This document shows positions 1 to 15,000 of a DNA stretch of 64,000 bases, one piece after another; the stretch's first letter is position 1; the number at the start of each line of letters is the position of its first letter. A program made the position numbers and the translations under genes. The stretch covers positions 15,810,001 to 15,874,000 of the forward strand of contig NC_091995.1 in NCBI RefSeq assembly GCF_044704955.1, given 5' to 3'. This DNA comes from Pristiophorus japonicus. Taxonomy: Eukaryota. Under the pieces are notes generated by a model. The model searched no databases. It was not told where the DNA came from and worked only from the letters and a program-made list of their open reading frames with translations.

Positions 1-3000
1 CTGGGCATTAACCTGGGTCATGGGGTGTGAGAGGGTCAGTACCAGCCTGGGTACTGGGCATTAACCTGGGGTAATGGGCTGTGAGAGGGTCAGTACCAGG
101 CTGGGTACTGGAGATTAACCTGGGGTAATGGGGTGTGAGAGGGTCAGTACCAGGCTGGGTACTGGGCATTAACCTGGGGTAATGGGGTGTGAGCGGGTCA
201 GTACCAGGCTGGGTACTGGGCAGTAACCCTGTGATAATGGGGTGTGAGGAGGTTAGTACCAGGCTGGGCACAGGGCTTTAAGCGTGGGGTAATGGGGTGT
301 GGCAGGGTCAGTACAAGGCTGGGTACTGGGCATTAACCCTGGGGTAATGGGGTGTGAGAGGGTCAGTACCAGGCTGGGTACTGGACATTAACCCTGGGCT
401 AATGGGGTGTGTGAGGGTCAGTACTAGGCTAGGTACTTGGCATTAACCCTGGGGTAATGGGGTGTGAGAGGGTCAGTACCAGGCTAGGTACTGGGCATTA
501 ACCCTGGGGTAATGGGGTGTGAGAGGGTCAGTACCAGGCTGGGTACTGGACATTAACACTGGGGTAATGGGGTGTGAGAGGGTCTGTACGAGGCTGGGTA
601 CTGGGCATTAACCCTGGGATAATGGGGTGTGAGAGGGTCAGTACCAGGCTGGGTAATGGGGCATTAACCTGGGATAATGGGGTGTGAGAGGGTCAGTACC
701 AGGCTAGGTACTGGGCATTGAACCTGGGGTTATGGGGTGTGATAGGGTCAGTAACAGGCTGGGTACTGGGCATTAACCCTCGGGTAATGGGGTGTGAGAG
801 GGTCAGTACCAGGCTGGGTACTGGACATTAACCCTGGGGTAATGGGGTGTGAGAGGGTTAGTACCAGGCTAGGTACTGGACATTAACGCTGCGGTAATGG
901 GGTATGAGAGGGTCAGTACCAGGCTGGGTCCTGGGCATTAACCCTGGGGTAATGGGGTGTGAGAGGGTCAGTACCAGGCTGGGTACTGGGCATTAACCCT
1001 GGGGTAATGGGGTGTGTGAGGGTCAGTACCAGGCTAGGTACTTGGCATTAACACTGGGGTAATGGTGTGTGAGAGGGTCAGTACCAGACTAGGTACTGGG
1101 CATTAACCCTGGGGTAATGGGGTGTGAGAGGGTCAGTACCAGGCTAGGTACTGGGCATTAACCTGGGGTAATTGGGTGTGAGAGGGTCAGTACCAGGCTG
1201 GATAGTGGGCATTAACCTGGGATAATGGGGTGTGAGAGGGTCAGTACCAGACTAGGTACTGGGCATTAACCTGGGGTAATTGGGTGTGAGAGGGTCAGTA
1301 CCAGGCTGGATAGTGGGCATTAACCTGGGATAATGGGGTGTGAGAGGGTCAGTACCAGGCTAGGTACTGGGCATTGACCCTGGGGTAATGGGGTGTGAGA
1401 GGGTCAGTACCAGGCTGGGTACTGGGCATTAACCATGGGGTAATGGGATGTGAGAGGGTCAGTACCAGGCTGGGTACTGCGCATAAACCTGGGTAATGGG
1501 GTGTGTGAGGGTCAGTACCAGGCTGGGTACTGGGCATTAACCCTGGGGTAATGGGGTGTGAGAGGGTCAGTATCAGGCTGGGTACTGGGCATTAACCCTG
1601 CGATAATGGGGTGTGAGAAGTTTAGTACCAGGCTGGGTACTGGGCATTAACCCTGGGGTAATGGTGTGTGAGAGGGTCAGTACCAGGCTGGGTACTGGGC
1701 ATTAACCCTGGGGTAATGGGGTGTGAGAGGGTCAGTACCAGGCTTTACTGGACATTAACCCTGGGGTAATGGGGTGTGAGAGGGTCAGTACAAGGCTGGA
1801 TACTGGACATTAACCCTGGGGTAATGGGGTGTGAGAGGGTTAGTACCAGGCTAGGTACTGGACATTAACCCTGCGGTACTGGGGTGTGAGAGGGTCAGTA
1901 CCAGGCTGGGTACTGGGCATTAAACATGGGGTAATGGGGTGTGAGAGGTTCAGTACCAGGCTGGGTACTGGGCATTAACCTAGGTAATGGGGTGTGAGAG
2001 GGTTAGTACCAGGCTAGGTACTGGACATTAACCCTGCGGTACTGGGGTGTGAGAGGGTCAGTACCAGGCTGGGTACTGGGCATTAAACATGGGGTAATGG
2101 GGTGTGAGAGGTTTAGTACCAGGCTGGGTACTGGGCATTAACCTAGGTAATGGGGTGTGTGAGGGTCAGTACCAGGCTAGGTACTGGGCATTAACCATGG
2201 GTTAATGGGGTGTGAAAGAGTCAGTACCAGGCTGGCTACTGGGCATTAACCCTGGGGTAATGGGGTGTGTGAGGGTCAGTACCAGGCTAGGTACTGGGCA
2301 TTAACCCTGCGATAATGGGGTGTGTGAGGGTCAGTACAAGGCTAGGTACTGGGCATTACCCTGGGTAATCGGGTGTCAGAGGGTCAGTAATAGGCTGGGT
2401 ACTGGACATTAACCCTGCGATAATGGGGTGTGTGAGGGTCAGTACCAGGCTAGGTACTGGGCATTACCCTGGGTAATGGGGTGTCAGAGGGTCAGTACCA
2501 GGCTGGGTATTGGACATTAACCCTGGGGCAATGGGGTGTGAGGGGGTCAGTACCAGGATGGGTACTGGGCATTAACCCTGGGGTAATGGGGTGTGAGAGG
2601 GTCAGTAGCAGGCTGGGTACTGGGCATTAACCCTGGGGTAATTGGGTGTGAGAGAGTCAGTACCAAGCTGGGTACTGGGCATTAATCCTGGGGTAATGGG
2701 GTGTGAGAGGGTCAGTACCAGGATGGGTACTGGGCAATAACCCTGGGGTAATGGGCTGTGAGAGAGTCAGTACCAGGCTGGGTACTGGGCATTAACCTGG
2801 GTAATGGGGTGAGAGAGTGTTAGTACCAGGCTGGGTACTGGGCATTAACCTGGGTAATGGGGTGTGAGAGGGTCAGTACCAGGCTGGGTACTGGGCATTA
2901 ACCCTGGGGTAATGGGGTGTGAGAGGGTCAGTATCAGGCTGGGTACTGGGCATTAACCCTGCGATAATGGGGAGTGAGAAGTTTAGTACCAGGCTGGGTA

Positions 3001-6000
3001 CTGGGCATTAACCCTGGGGTAATGGTGTGTGAGAGGGTCAGTACCAGGCTGGGTACTGGGCATTAAATCTGGGGTAATGGGGTGTGAGAGGGTCAGTACC
3101 AGGCTTTACTGGACATTAACCCTGGGATAATGGGGTATGAGAGGGTCAGTACAAGGCTGGATACTGGACATTAACCCTGGGGTAATGGGGTGTGAGAGGG
3201 TTAGTACCAGGCTAGGTACTGGACATTAACCCTGCGGTACTGGGGTGTGAGAGGGTCAGTACCAGGCTGGGTACTGGGCATTAAACATGGGGTAATGGGG
3301 TGTGAGAGGTTCAGTACCAGGCTGGGTACTGGGCATTAACCTAGGTAATGGGGTGTGTGAGGGTCAGTACCAGGCTAGGTACTGGGCATTAACCATGGGT
3401 TAATGGGGTGTGAAAGAGTCAGTACCAGGCTGGCTACTGGGCATTAACCCTGGGGTAATGGGGTGTGTGAGGGTCAGTACCAGGCTAGGTACTGGGCATT
3501 AACCCTGCGATAATGGGGTGTGTGAGGGTCAGTACCAGGCTAGGTACTGGGCATTACCCTGGGTAATCGGGTGTCAGAGGGTCAGTACTAGGCTGGGTAC
3601 TGGACATTAACCCTGCGATAATGGGGTGTGTGAGGGTCAGTACCAGGCTAGGTACTGGGCATTACCCTGGGTAATGGGGTGTCAGAGGGTCAGTACCAGG
3701 CTGGGTATTGGACATTAACCCTGGGGCAATGGGGTGTGAGGGGGTCAGTACCAGGATGGGTACTGGGCATTAACCCTGGGGTAATGGGGTGTGAGAGGGT
3801 CAGTAGCAGGCTGGGTACTGGGCATTAACCCTGGGGTAATGGGGTGTGAGAGAGTCAGTACCAAGCTGGGTACTGGGCATTAATCCTGGGGTAATGGGGT
3901 GTGAGAGGGTCAGTACCAGGATGGGTACTGGGCAATAACCCTGGGGTAATGGGCTGTGAGAGAGTCAGTACCAGGCTGGGTACTGGGCATTAACCTGGGT
4001 AATGGGGTGAGAGAGTGTTAGTACCAGGCTGGGTACTGGGCATTAACCTGGGTAATGGGGTGTGAGAGGGTCAGTACCAGGCTGGGTACTGAGCATTAAC
4101 CCTGGGGTGATGGGGTGTGAGAGGGTCAGTACCAGGCTGGGTACTGGGCATTAACCTGGGTAATGGGATGTGAGAGGGTCAGTACCAGGCTGGGTACTGG
4201 GGCATTAACCCTGGCATAATGGTGTGTGAGAGGGTCAGTACCAGGCTGGGTACTGGGCATTAATGGTGGGGTAATGGGGTGTGAGAGAGTCAGTACCAGG
4301 CTGGGTACTGGGCATTAACCCTGGGGTTATGGGGTGTGAGAGAGTCAGTACCAGGCTGGGTACTGGGCATTAACCCTCGTGTAATGATGTATGAGAGGGT
4401 CAGTACCAGGCTGGGTACTGGGCATTAACCTGGGTAATGGGGTGTGGAGGGGTCAGTACCAGGCTGGGTACTGGGCATTAACCTGGGTAATGGGGTGTGT
4501 GAGGGTCAGTACCAGGCTGGGTACTGGGCATTAACCTGGGTAATGGGTTGTGTGAGGGTCAGTACCAGGCTAGGTACTGGGCATTAACCTGGGTAATAGG
4601 GTGTGAGAGGGTCAGTACCAGGCTGGGTACTGGAGATTAACCTGGGGTAATGGGGTGTGAGAGGGTCAGTACCAGGCTGGGTACTGGGCATTAACCTGGG
4701 GTAATGGGGTGTGAGCGGGTCAGTACCAGGCTGGGTACTGGGCAGTAACCCTGTGATAATGGGGTGTGAGGAGGTTAGTACCAGGCTGGGCACTGGGCTT
4801 TAAGCGTGGGGTAATGGGGTGTGACAGGGTCAGTACAAGGCTGGGTACTGGGCATTATCCTGGGGTAATGGGGTGTGAGAGGGTCAGTACCAGGCTGGGT
4901 ACTGGACATTAACCCTGGGCTAATGGGGTGTGTGAGGGTCAGTACTAGGCTAGGTACTTGGCATTAACCCTGGGGTAATGGGGTGTGAGAGGGTCAGTAC
5001 CAGGCTAGGTACTGGGCATTAACCCTGGGGTAATGGGGTGTGAGAGGGTCAGTACCAGGCTGGGTACTGGACATTAACCCTGAGGTAATGGGGTGTGAGA
5101 GGGTCTGTACGAGGCTGGGTACTGGGCATTAACCCTGGGATAATGGGGTGTGAGAGGGTCAGTACCAGGCTGGGTAATGGGACATTAACCTGGGATAATG
5201 GGGTGTGAGAGGGTCAGTACCAGGCTAGGTACTGGGCATTGAACCTGGGGTTATGGGGTGTGATAGGGTCAGTAACAGGCTGGGTACTGGGCATTAACCC
5301 TGGGGTAATGGGGTGTGAGAGGGTCAGTACCAGGCTGGGTACTGGACATTAAACCTGGGGTAATGGGGTGTGAGAGGGTTAGTACCAGACTAGGTACTGG
5401 ACATTAACGCTGCGGTAATGGGGTATGAGAGGGTCAGTACCAGGCTGGGTCCTGGGCATTAACCCTGGGGTAATGGGGTGTGAGAGGGTCAGTACCAGGC
5501 TGGGTACTGGGCATTAACCCTGGGGTAATGGGGTGTGTGAGGGTCAGTACCAGGCTAGGTACTTGGCATTAACACTGGGGTAATGGTGCTTGAGAGGGTC
5601 AGTACCAGACTAGGTACTGGGCATTAACCCTGGGGTAATGGGGTGTGAGAGGGTCAGTACCAGGCTAGGTACTGGGCATTAACCTGGGGTAATTGGGTGT
5701 GAGAGGGTCAGTACCAGGCTGGATAGTGGGCATTAACCTGGGATAATGGGGTGTGAGAGGGTCAGTACCAGGCTAGGTACTGGGCATTAACCTGCGGTAA
5801 TTGGGTGTGAGAGGGTCAGTACCAGGCTGGATAGTGGGCATTAACCTGGGATAATGGGGTGTGAGAGGGTCAGTACCAGGCTAGGTACTGGGCATTGACC
5901 CTGGGGTAATGGGGTGTGAGAGGGTCAGTACCAGGCTGGGTACTGGGCATTAACCATGGGGTAATGGGATGTGAGAGGGTCAGTACCAGGCTGGGTACTG

Positions 6001-9000
6001 CGCATAAACCTGGGTAATGGGGTGTGTGAGGGTCAGTACCAGGCTGGGTACTGGGCATTAACCCTGGGGTAATGGGGTGTGAGAGGGTCAGTATCAGGCT
6101 GGGTACTGGGCATTAACCCTGCGATAATGGGGTGTGAGAAGTTTAGTACCAGGCTGGGTACTGGGCATTAACCCTGGGGTAATGGTGTGTGAGAGGGTCA
6201 GTACCAGGCTGGGTACTGGGCATTAACCCTGGGGTAATGGGGTGTGAGAGGGTCAGTACCAGGCTTTACTGGACATTAACCCTGGGGTAATGGGGTGTGA
6301 GAGGGTCAGTACAAGGCTGGATACTGGGCATTAACCCTGCGATAATGGGGTGTGAGAGGGTTAGTACCAGGCTAGGTACTGGACATTAACCCTGCGGTAC
6401 TGGGGTGTGAGAGGGTCAGTACCAGGCTGGGTACTGGGCATTAAACATGGGGTAATGGGGTGTGAGAGGTTCAGTACCAGGCTGGGTACTGGGCATTAAA
6501 CATGGGGTAATGGGGTGTGAGAGGTTTAGTACCAGGCTGGGTACTGGGCATTAACCTAGGTAATGGGGTGTGTGAGGGTCAGTACCAGGCTAGGTACTGG
6601 GCATTAACCATGGGTTAATGGGGTGTGAAAGAGTCAGTACCAGGCTGGCTACTGGGCATTAACCCTGAGGTAATGGGGTGTGTGAGGGTCAGTACCAGGC
6701 TAGGTACTGGGCATTAACCCTGCGATAATGGGGTGTGTGAGGGTCAGTACCAGGCTAGGTACTGGGCATTACCCTGGGTAATCGGGTGTCAGAGGGTCAG
6801 TACTAGGCTGGGTACTGGACATTAACCCTGCGATAATGGGGTGTGTGAGGGTCAGTACCAGGCTAGGTACTGGGCATTACCCTGGGTAATGGGGTGTCAG
6901 AGGGTCAGTACCAGGCTGGGTATTGGACATTAACCCTGGGGCAATGGGGTGTGAGGGGGTCAGTACCAGGATGGGTACTGGGCATTAACCCTGGGGTAAT
7001 GGGGTGTGAGAGGGTCAGTAGCAGGCTGGGTACTGGGCATTAACCCTGGGGTAATGGGGTGTGAGAGAGTCAGTACCAAGCTGGGTACTGGGCATTAATC
7101 CTGGGGTAATGGGGTGTGAGAGGGTCAGTACCAGGATGGGTACTGGGCAATAACCCTGGGGTAATGGGCTGTGAGAGAGTCAGTACCAGGCTGGGTACTG
7201 GGCATTAACCTGGGTAATGGGGTGAGAGAGTGTTAGTACCAGGCTGGGTACTGGGCATTAACCTGGGTAATGGGGTGTGAGAGGGTCAGTACCAGGCTGG
7301 GTACTGGGCATTAACCCTGGGGTAATGGGGTGTGAGAGGGTCAGTATCAGGCTGGGTACTGGGCATTAACCCTGCGATAATGGGGAGTGAGAAGTTTAGT
7401 ACCAGGCTGGGTACTGGGCATTAACCCTGGGGTAATGGTGTGTGAGAGGGTCAGTACCAGGCTGGGTACTGGGCATTAACCCTGGGGTAATGGGGTGTGA
7501 GAGGGTCAGTACCAGGCTTTACTGGACATTAACCCTGGGATAATGGGGTATGAGAGGGTCAGTACAAGGCTGGATACTGGGCATTAACCCTGGGGTAATG
7601 GGGTGTGAGAGGGTTAGTACCAGGCTGGCTACTGGGCATTAACCCTGGGGTAATGGGGTGTGTGAGGGTCAGTACCAGGCTAGGTACTGGGCATTAACCC
7701 TGCGATAATGGGGTGTGTGAGGGTCAGTACCAGGCTAGGTACTGGGCATTACCCTGGGTAATCGGGTGTCAGAGGGTCAGTACTAGGCTGGGTACTGGAC
7801 ATTAACCCTGCGATAATGGGGTGTGTGAGGGTCAGTACCAGGCTAGGTACTGGGCATTACCCTGGGTAATGGGGTGTCAGAGGGTCAGTACCAGGCTGGG
7901 TATTGGACATTAACCCTGGGGCAATGGGGTGTGAGGGGGTCAGTACCAGGATGGGTACTGGGCATTAACCCTGGGGTAATGGGGTGTGAGAGGGTCAGTA
8001 GCAGGCTGGGTACTGGGCATTAACCCTGGGGTAATGGGGTGTGAGAGAGTCAGTACCAAGCTGGGTACTGGGCATTAATCCTGGGGTAATGGGATGTGAG
8101 AGGGTCAGTACCAGGATGGGTACTGGGCAATAACCCTGGGGTAATGGGCTGTGAGAGAGTCAGTACCAGGCTGGGTACTGGGCATTAACCTGGGTAATGG
8201 GGTGAGAGAGTGTTAGTACCAGGCTGGGTACTGGGCATTAACCTGGGTAATGGGGTGTGAGAGGGTCAGTACCAGGCTGGGTACTGAGCATTAACCCTGG
8301 GGTGATGGGGTGTGAGAGGGTCAGTACCAGGCTGGGTACTGGGCATTAACCTGGGTAATGGGATGTGAGAGGGTCAGTACCAGGCTGGGTACTGGGGCAT
8401 TAACCCTGGCATAATGGGGTGAGAGAGTGTTAGTACCAGGCTGGGTACTGGGCATTAACCCTGGGGTTATGGGGTGTGAGAGAGTCAGTACCAGGCTGGG
8501 TACTGGGCATTAACCCTGGTGTAATGATGTATGAGAGGGTCAGTACCAGGCTGGGTACTGGGCATTAACCTGGGTAATGGGGTGTGGAGGGGTCAGTACC
8601 AGGCTGGGTACTGGGCATTAACCTGGGTAATGGGGTGTGTGAGGGTCAGTACCAGGCTGGGTACTGGGCATTAACCTGGGTAATGGGTTGTGTGAGGGTC
8701 AGTACCAGTCTAGTACTGGGCATTAACCTGGGGTAATGGGGTGTGAGAGGGTCAGTACCAGGCTAGGTACTGTGCATTAACCTGGGATAATTGGGTGTGA
8801 GAGGGTCAGTACCAGGCTGGGTACTGGGGCATTAACCTGGGATAATGGGGTGTGAGAGGGTCAGTACCAGGCTAGGTACTGGGCATTGACCCTGGGGTAA
8901 TGGGGTGTGAGAGGGTCAGTACCAGGCTGGGTACTGGGCATTAACCATGGGGTAATGGAGTGTGAGAGGGTCAGTACCAGGCTGGGTACTGGGCATTAAC

Positions 9001-12000
9001 CTGGGTAATGGGGTGTGTGAGGGTCAGTACCAGGCTAGGTACTGGGCATTAACCATGGGGTAATGGGGTGTGAAAGAGTCAGTACCAGGCTGGCTACTGG
9101 GCATTAACCCTGGGGTAATGGGGTGTGAGAGGGTCTGTACCAGGCTAGGTACTGGGCATTAACCCTGCGATAATGGGGTGTGTGAGGGTCAGTCCCAGGC
9201 TGGGTACTGGGCATTAACCCTGGGGTAATGGGGTGTGTGAGGGTCAGTACCAGGCTAGGTACTGGGCATTAACCCTGCGACAATGGGGTGTGTGAGGGTC
9301 CGTACCAGGCTAGGTACTGGGCATTAACCCTGGGTAATGGGGTGTCAGAGGGTCAGTACCAGGCTGGGTACTGGACATTAACCCTGGGGTAATGGGGTGT
9401 GAAGGGTCAGTACCAGGCTGGGTACTGGGCATTAACCCTGGGGTAATGGGGTGTGAGAGGGTCAGTACCAGGCTGGGTACTGGGCATTAACCCTGGGGTA
9501 ATGGGGTGTGAGAGAGTCAGTACCAAGCTGGGTACTGGGCATTAACCCTGGGGTAATGGGGTGTGAGAGTGTTAGTACCAGGCTGGGTACTGGACATTAA
9601 CCTGGGTAATGAGGTGTGAGAGGGTCAGTAGCAGGCTGGGTACTGGGCATTAACCCTGGGGTAATGGGGTGTGAGAGGGTCAGTACCAGGCTGGGTACTG
9701 GGCATTAACTTGGGTAATGGGGTGTGGAGAGGTCAGTACCTGGCTGGGTACTGGGCATTAACCTGGGTAACGGGGTGTGAGAGAGGCAGTACCAGGCTGG
9801 GTACTGGGCATTAACCCTGGGGTAATGGGCTGTGAGAGAGTCAGTACCAGGCTGGGTACTGGGCATTAACCTGGATAATGGGGTGTGAGAGTGTTAGTAC
9901 CAGGCTGGGTACTGGGCATTAACCTGGGTAATGGGGTGTGAGAGGGTCAGTACCAGGCTGGGTACTGGGCATTAACCCTGGGGTAATGGGGTGTGAGAGG
10001 GTCAGTACCAGGCTGGGTACTGGGCATTAACTTGGCTAATGGGGTGTGGAGAGGTCAGTACCAGGCTGGGTACTGGGCATTAACCCTGGGGCAATGGGGT
10101 GTGAGGGGGTCAGTACCAGGCTGGGTACTGGGCATTAACCCTGGGGTAATGGGGTGTGAGAGGGTCAGTAGCAGGCTGGGTACTGGGCATTAACCCTGGG
10201 GTAATTGGGTGTGAGAGAGTCAGTACCAAGCTGGGTACTGGGCATTAATCCTGGGGTAATGGGGTGTGAGAGGGTCAGTACCAGGATGGGTACTGGGCAA
10301 TAACCCTGGGGTAATGGGCTGTGAGAGAGTCAGTACCAGGCTGGGTACTGGGCATTAACCTGGGTAATGGGGTGAGAGAGTGTTAGTACCAGGCTGGGTA
10401 CTGGGCATTAACCTGGGTAATGGGGTGTGAGAGGGTCAGTACCAGGCTGGGTACTGGGCATTAACCCTGGGGTAATGGGGTGTGAGAGGGTCAGTATCAG
10501 GCTGGGTACTGGGCATTAACCCTGCGATAATGGGGAGTGAGAAGTTTAGTACCAGGCTGGGTACTGGGCATTAACCCTGGGGTAATGGTGTGTGAGAGGG
10601 TCAGTACCAGGCTGGGTACTGGGCATTAAATCTGGGGTAATGGGGTGTGAGAGGGTCAGTACCAGGCTTTACTGGACATTAACCCTGGGATAATGGGGTA
10701 TGAGAGGGTCAGTACAAGGCTGGATACTGGACATTAACCCTGGGGTAATGGGGTGTGAGAGGGTTAGTACCAGGCTAGGTACTGGACATTAACCCTGCGG
10801 TACTGGGGTGTGAGAGGGTCAGTACCAGGCTGGGTACTGGGCATTAAACATGGGGTAATGGGGTGTGAGAGGTTCAGTACCAGGCTGGGTACTGGGCATT
10901 AACCTAGGTAATGGGGTGTGTGAGGGTCAGTACCAGGCTAGGTACTGGGCATTAACCATGGGTTAATGGGGTGTGAAAGAGTCAGTACCAGGCTGGCTAC
11001 TGGGCATTAACCCTGGGGTAATGGGGTGTGTGAGGGTCAGTACCAGGCTAGGTACTGGGCATTAACCCTGCGATAATGGGGTGTGTGAGGGTCAGTACCA
11101 GGCTAGGTACTGGGCATTACCCTGGGTAATCGGGTGTCAGAGGGTCAGTACTAGGCTGGGTACTGGACATTAACCCTGCGATAATGGGGTGTGTGAGGGT
11201 CAGTACCAGGCTAGGTACTGGGCATTACCCTGGGTAATGGGGTGTCAGAGGGTCAGTACCAGGCTGGGTATTGGACATTAACCCTGGGGCAATGGGGTGT
11301 GAGGGGGTCAGTACCAGGATGGGTACTGGGCATTAACCCTGGGGTAATGGGGTGTGAGAGGGTCAGTAGCAGGCTGGGTACTGGGCATTAACCCTGGGGT
11401 AATGGGGTGTGAGAGAGTCAGTACCAAGCTGGGTACTGGGCATTAATCCTGGGGTAATGGGGTGTGAGAGGGTCAGTACCAGGATGGGTACTGGGCAATA
11501 ACCCTGGGGTAATGGGCTGTGAGAGAGTCAGTACCAGGCTGGGTACTGGGCATTAACCTGGGTAATGGGGTGAGAGAGTGTTAGTACCAGGCTGGGTACT
11601 GGGCATTAACCTGGGTAATGGGGTGTGAGAGGGTCAGTACCAGGCTGGGTACTGAGCATTAACCCTGGGGTGATGGGGTGTGAGAGGGTCAGTACCAGGC
11701 TGGGTACTGGGCATTAACCTGGGTAATGGGATGTGAGAGGGTCAGTACCAGGCTGGGTACTGGGGCATTAACCCTGGCATAATGGTGTGTGAGAGGGTCA
11801 GTACCAGGCTGGGTACTGGGCATTAATGGTGGGGTAATGGGGTGTGAGAGAGTCAGTACCAGGCTGGGTACTGGGCATTAACCCTGGGGTTATGGGGTGT
11901 GAGAGAGTCAGTACCAGGCTGGGTACTGGGCATTAACCCTCGTGTAATGATGTATGAGAGGGTCAGTACCAGGCTGGGTACTGGGCATTAACCTGGGTAA

Positions 12001-15000
12001 TGGGGTGTGGAGGGGTCAGTACCAGGCTGGGTACTGGGCATTAACCTGGGTAATGGGGTGTGTGAGGGTCAGTACCAGGCTGGGTACTGGGCATTAACCT
12101 GGGTAATGGGTTGTGTGAGGGTCAGTACCAGGCTAGGTACTGGGCATTAACCTGGGTAATAGGGTGTGAGAGGGTCAGTACCAGGCTGGGTACTGGAGAT
12201 TAACCTGGGGTAATGGGGTGTGAGAGGGTCAGTACCAGGCTGGGTACTGGGCATTAACCTGGGGTAATGGGGTGTGAGCGGGTCAGTACCAGGCTGGGTA
12301 CTGGGCAGTAACCCTGTGATAATGGGGTGTGAGGAGGTTAGTACCAGGCTGGGCACTGGGCTTTAAGCGTGGGGTAATGGGGTGTGACAGGGTCAGTACA
12401 AGGCTGGGTACTGGGCATTATCCTGGGGTAATGGGGTGTGAGAGGGTCAGTACCAGGCTGGGTACTGGACATTAACCCTGGGCTAATGGGGTGTGTGAGG
12501 GTCAGTACTAGGCTAGGTACTTGGCATTAACCCTGGGGTAATGGGGTGTGAGAGGGTCAGTACCAGGCTAGGTACTGGGCATTAACCCTGGGGTAATGGG
12601 GTGTGAGAGGGTCAGTACCAGGCTGGGTACTGGACATTAACCCTGAGGTAATGGGGTGTGAGAGGGTCTGTACGAGGCTGGGTACTGGGCATTAACCCTG
12701 GGATAATGGGGTGTGAGAGGGTCAGTACCAGGCTGGGTAATGGGACATTAACCTGGGATAATGGGGTGTGAGAGGGTCAGTACCAGGCTAGGTACTGGGC
12801 ATTGAACCTGGGGTTATGGGGTGTGATAGGGTCAGTAACAGGCTGGGTACTGGGCATTAACCCTGGGGTAATGGGGTGTGAGAGGGTCAGTACCAGGCTG
12901 GGTACTGGACATTAAACCTGGGGTAATGGGGTGTGAGAGGGTTAGTACCAGACTAGGTACTGGACATTAACGCTGCGGTAATGGGGTATGAGAGGGTCAG
13001 TACCAGGCTGGGTCCTGGGCATTAACCCTGGGGTAATGGGGTGTGAGAGGGTCAGTACCAGGCTGGGTACTGGGCATTAACCCTGGGGTAATGGGGTGTG
13101 TGAGGGTCAGTACCAGGCTAGGTACTTGGCATTAACACTGGGGTAATGGTGCTTGAGAGGGTCAGTACCAGACTAGGTACTGGGCATTAACCCTGGGGTA
13201 ATGGGGTGTGAGAGGGTCAGTACCAGGCTAGGTACTGGGCATTAACCTGGGGTAATTGGGTGTGAGAGGGTCAGTACCAGGCTGGATAGTGGGCATTAAC
13301 CTGGGATAATGGGGTGTGAGAGGGTCAGTACCAGGCTAGGTACTGGGCATTAACCTGCGGTAATTGGGTGTGAGAGGGTCAGTACCAGGCTGGATAGTGG
13401 GCATTAACCTGGGATAATGGGGTGTGAGAGGGTCAGTACCAGGCTAGGTACTGGGCATTGACCCTGGGGTAATGGGGTGTGAGAGGGTCAGTACCAGGCT
13501 GGGTACTGGGCATTAACCATGGGGTAATGGGATGTGAGAGGGTCAGTACCAGGCTGGGTACTGCGCATAAACCTGGGTAATGGGGTGTGTGAGGGTCAGT
13601 ACCAGGCTGGGTACTGGGCATTAACCCTGGGGTAATGGGGTGTGAGAGGGTCAGTATCAGGCTGGGTACTGGGCATTAACCCTGCGATAATGGGGTGTGA
13701 GAAGTTTAGTACCAGGCTGGGTACTGGGCATTAACCCTGGGGTAATGGTGTGTGAGAGGGTCAGTACCAGGCTGGGTACTGGGCATTAACCCTGGGGTAA
13801 TGGGGTGTGAGAGGGTCAGTACCAGGCTTTACTGGACATTAACCCTGGGGTAATGGGGTGTGAGAGGGTCAGTACAAGGCTGGATACTGGGCATTAACCC
13901 TGCGATAATGGGGTGTGAGAGGGTTAGTACCAGGCTAGGTACTGGACATTAACCCTGCGGTACTGGGGTGTGAGAGGGTCAGTACCAGGCTGGGTACTGG
14001 GCATTAAACATGGGGTAATGGGGTGTGAGAGGTTCAGTACCAGGCTGGGTACTGGGCATTAAACATGGGGTAATGGGGTGTGAGAGGTTTAGTACCAGGC
14101 TGGGTACTGGGCATTAACCTAGGTAATGGGGTGTGTGAGGGTCAGTACCAGGCTAGGTACTGGGCATTAACCATGGGTTAATGGGGTGTGAAAGAGTCAG
14201 TACCAGGCTGGCTACTGGGCATTAACCCTGGGGTAATGGGGTGTGTGAGGGTCAGTACCAGGCTAGGTACTGGGCATTAACCCTGCGATAATGGGGTGTG
14301 TGAGGGTCAGTACCAGGCTAGGTACTGGGCATTACCCTGGGTAATCGGGTGTCAGAGGGTCAGTACTAGGCTGGGTACTGGACATTAACCCTGCGATAAT
14401 GGGGTGTGTGAGGGTCAGTACCAGGCTAGGTACTGGGCATTACCCTGGGTAATGGGGTGTCAGAGGGTCAGTACCAGGCTGGGTATTGGACATTAACCCT
14501 GGGGCAATGGGGTGTGAGGGGGTCAGTACCAGGATGGGTACTGGGCATTAACCCTGGGGTAATGGGGTGTGAGAGGGTCAGTAGCAGGCTGGGTACTGGG
14601 CATTAACCCTGGGGTAATGGGGTGTGAGAGAGTCAGTACCAAGCTGGGTACTGGGCATTAATCCTGGGGTAATGGGGTGTGAGAGGGTCAGTACCAGGAT
14701 GGGTACTGGGCAATAACCCTGGGGTAATGGGCTGTGAGAGAGTCAGTACCAGGCTGGGTACTGGGCATTAACCTGGGTAATGGGGTGAGAGAGTGTTAGT
14801 ACCAGGCTGGGTACTGGGCATTAACCTGGGTAATGGGGTGTGAGAGGGTCAGTACCAGGCTGGGTACTGGGCATTAACCCTGGGGTAATGGGGTGTGAGA
14901 GGGTCAGTATCAGGCTGGGTACTGGGCATTAACCCTGCGATAATGGGGAGTGAGAAGTTTAGTACCAGGCTGGGTACTGGGCATTAACCCTGGGGTAATG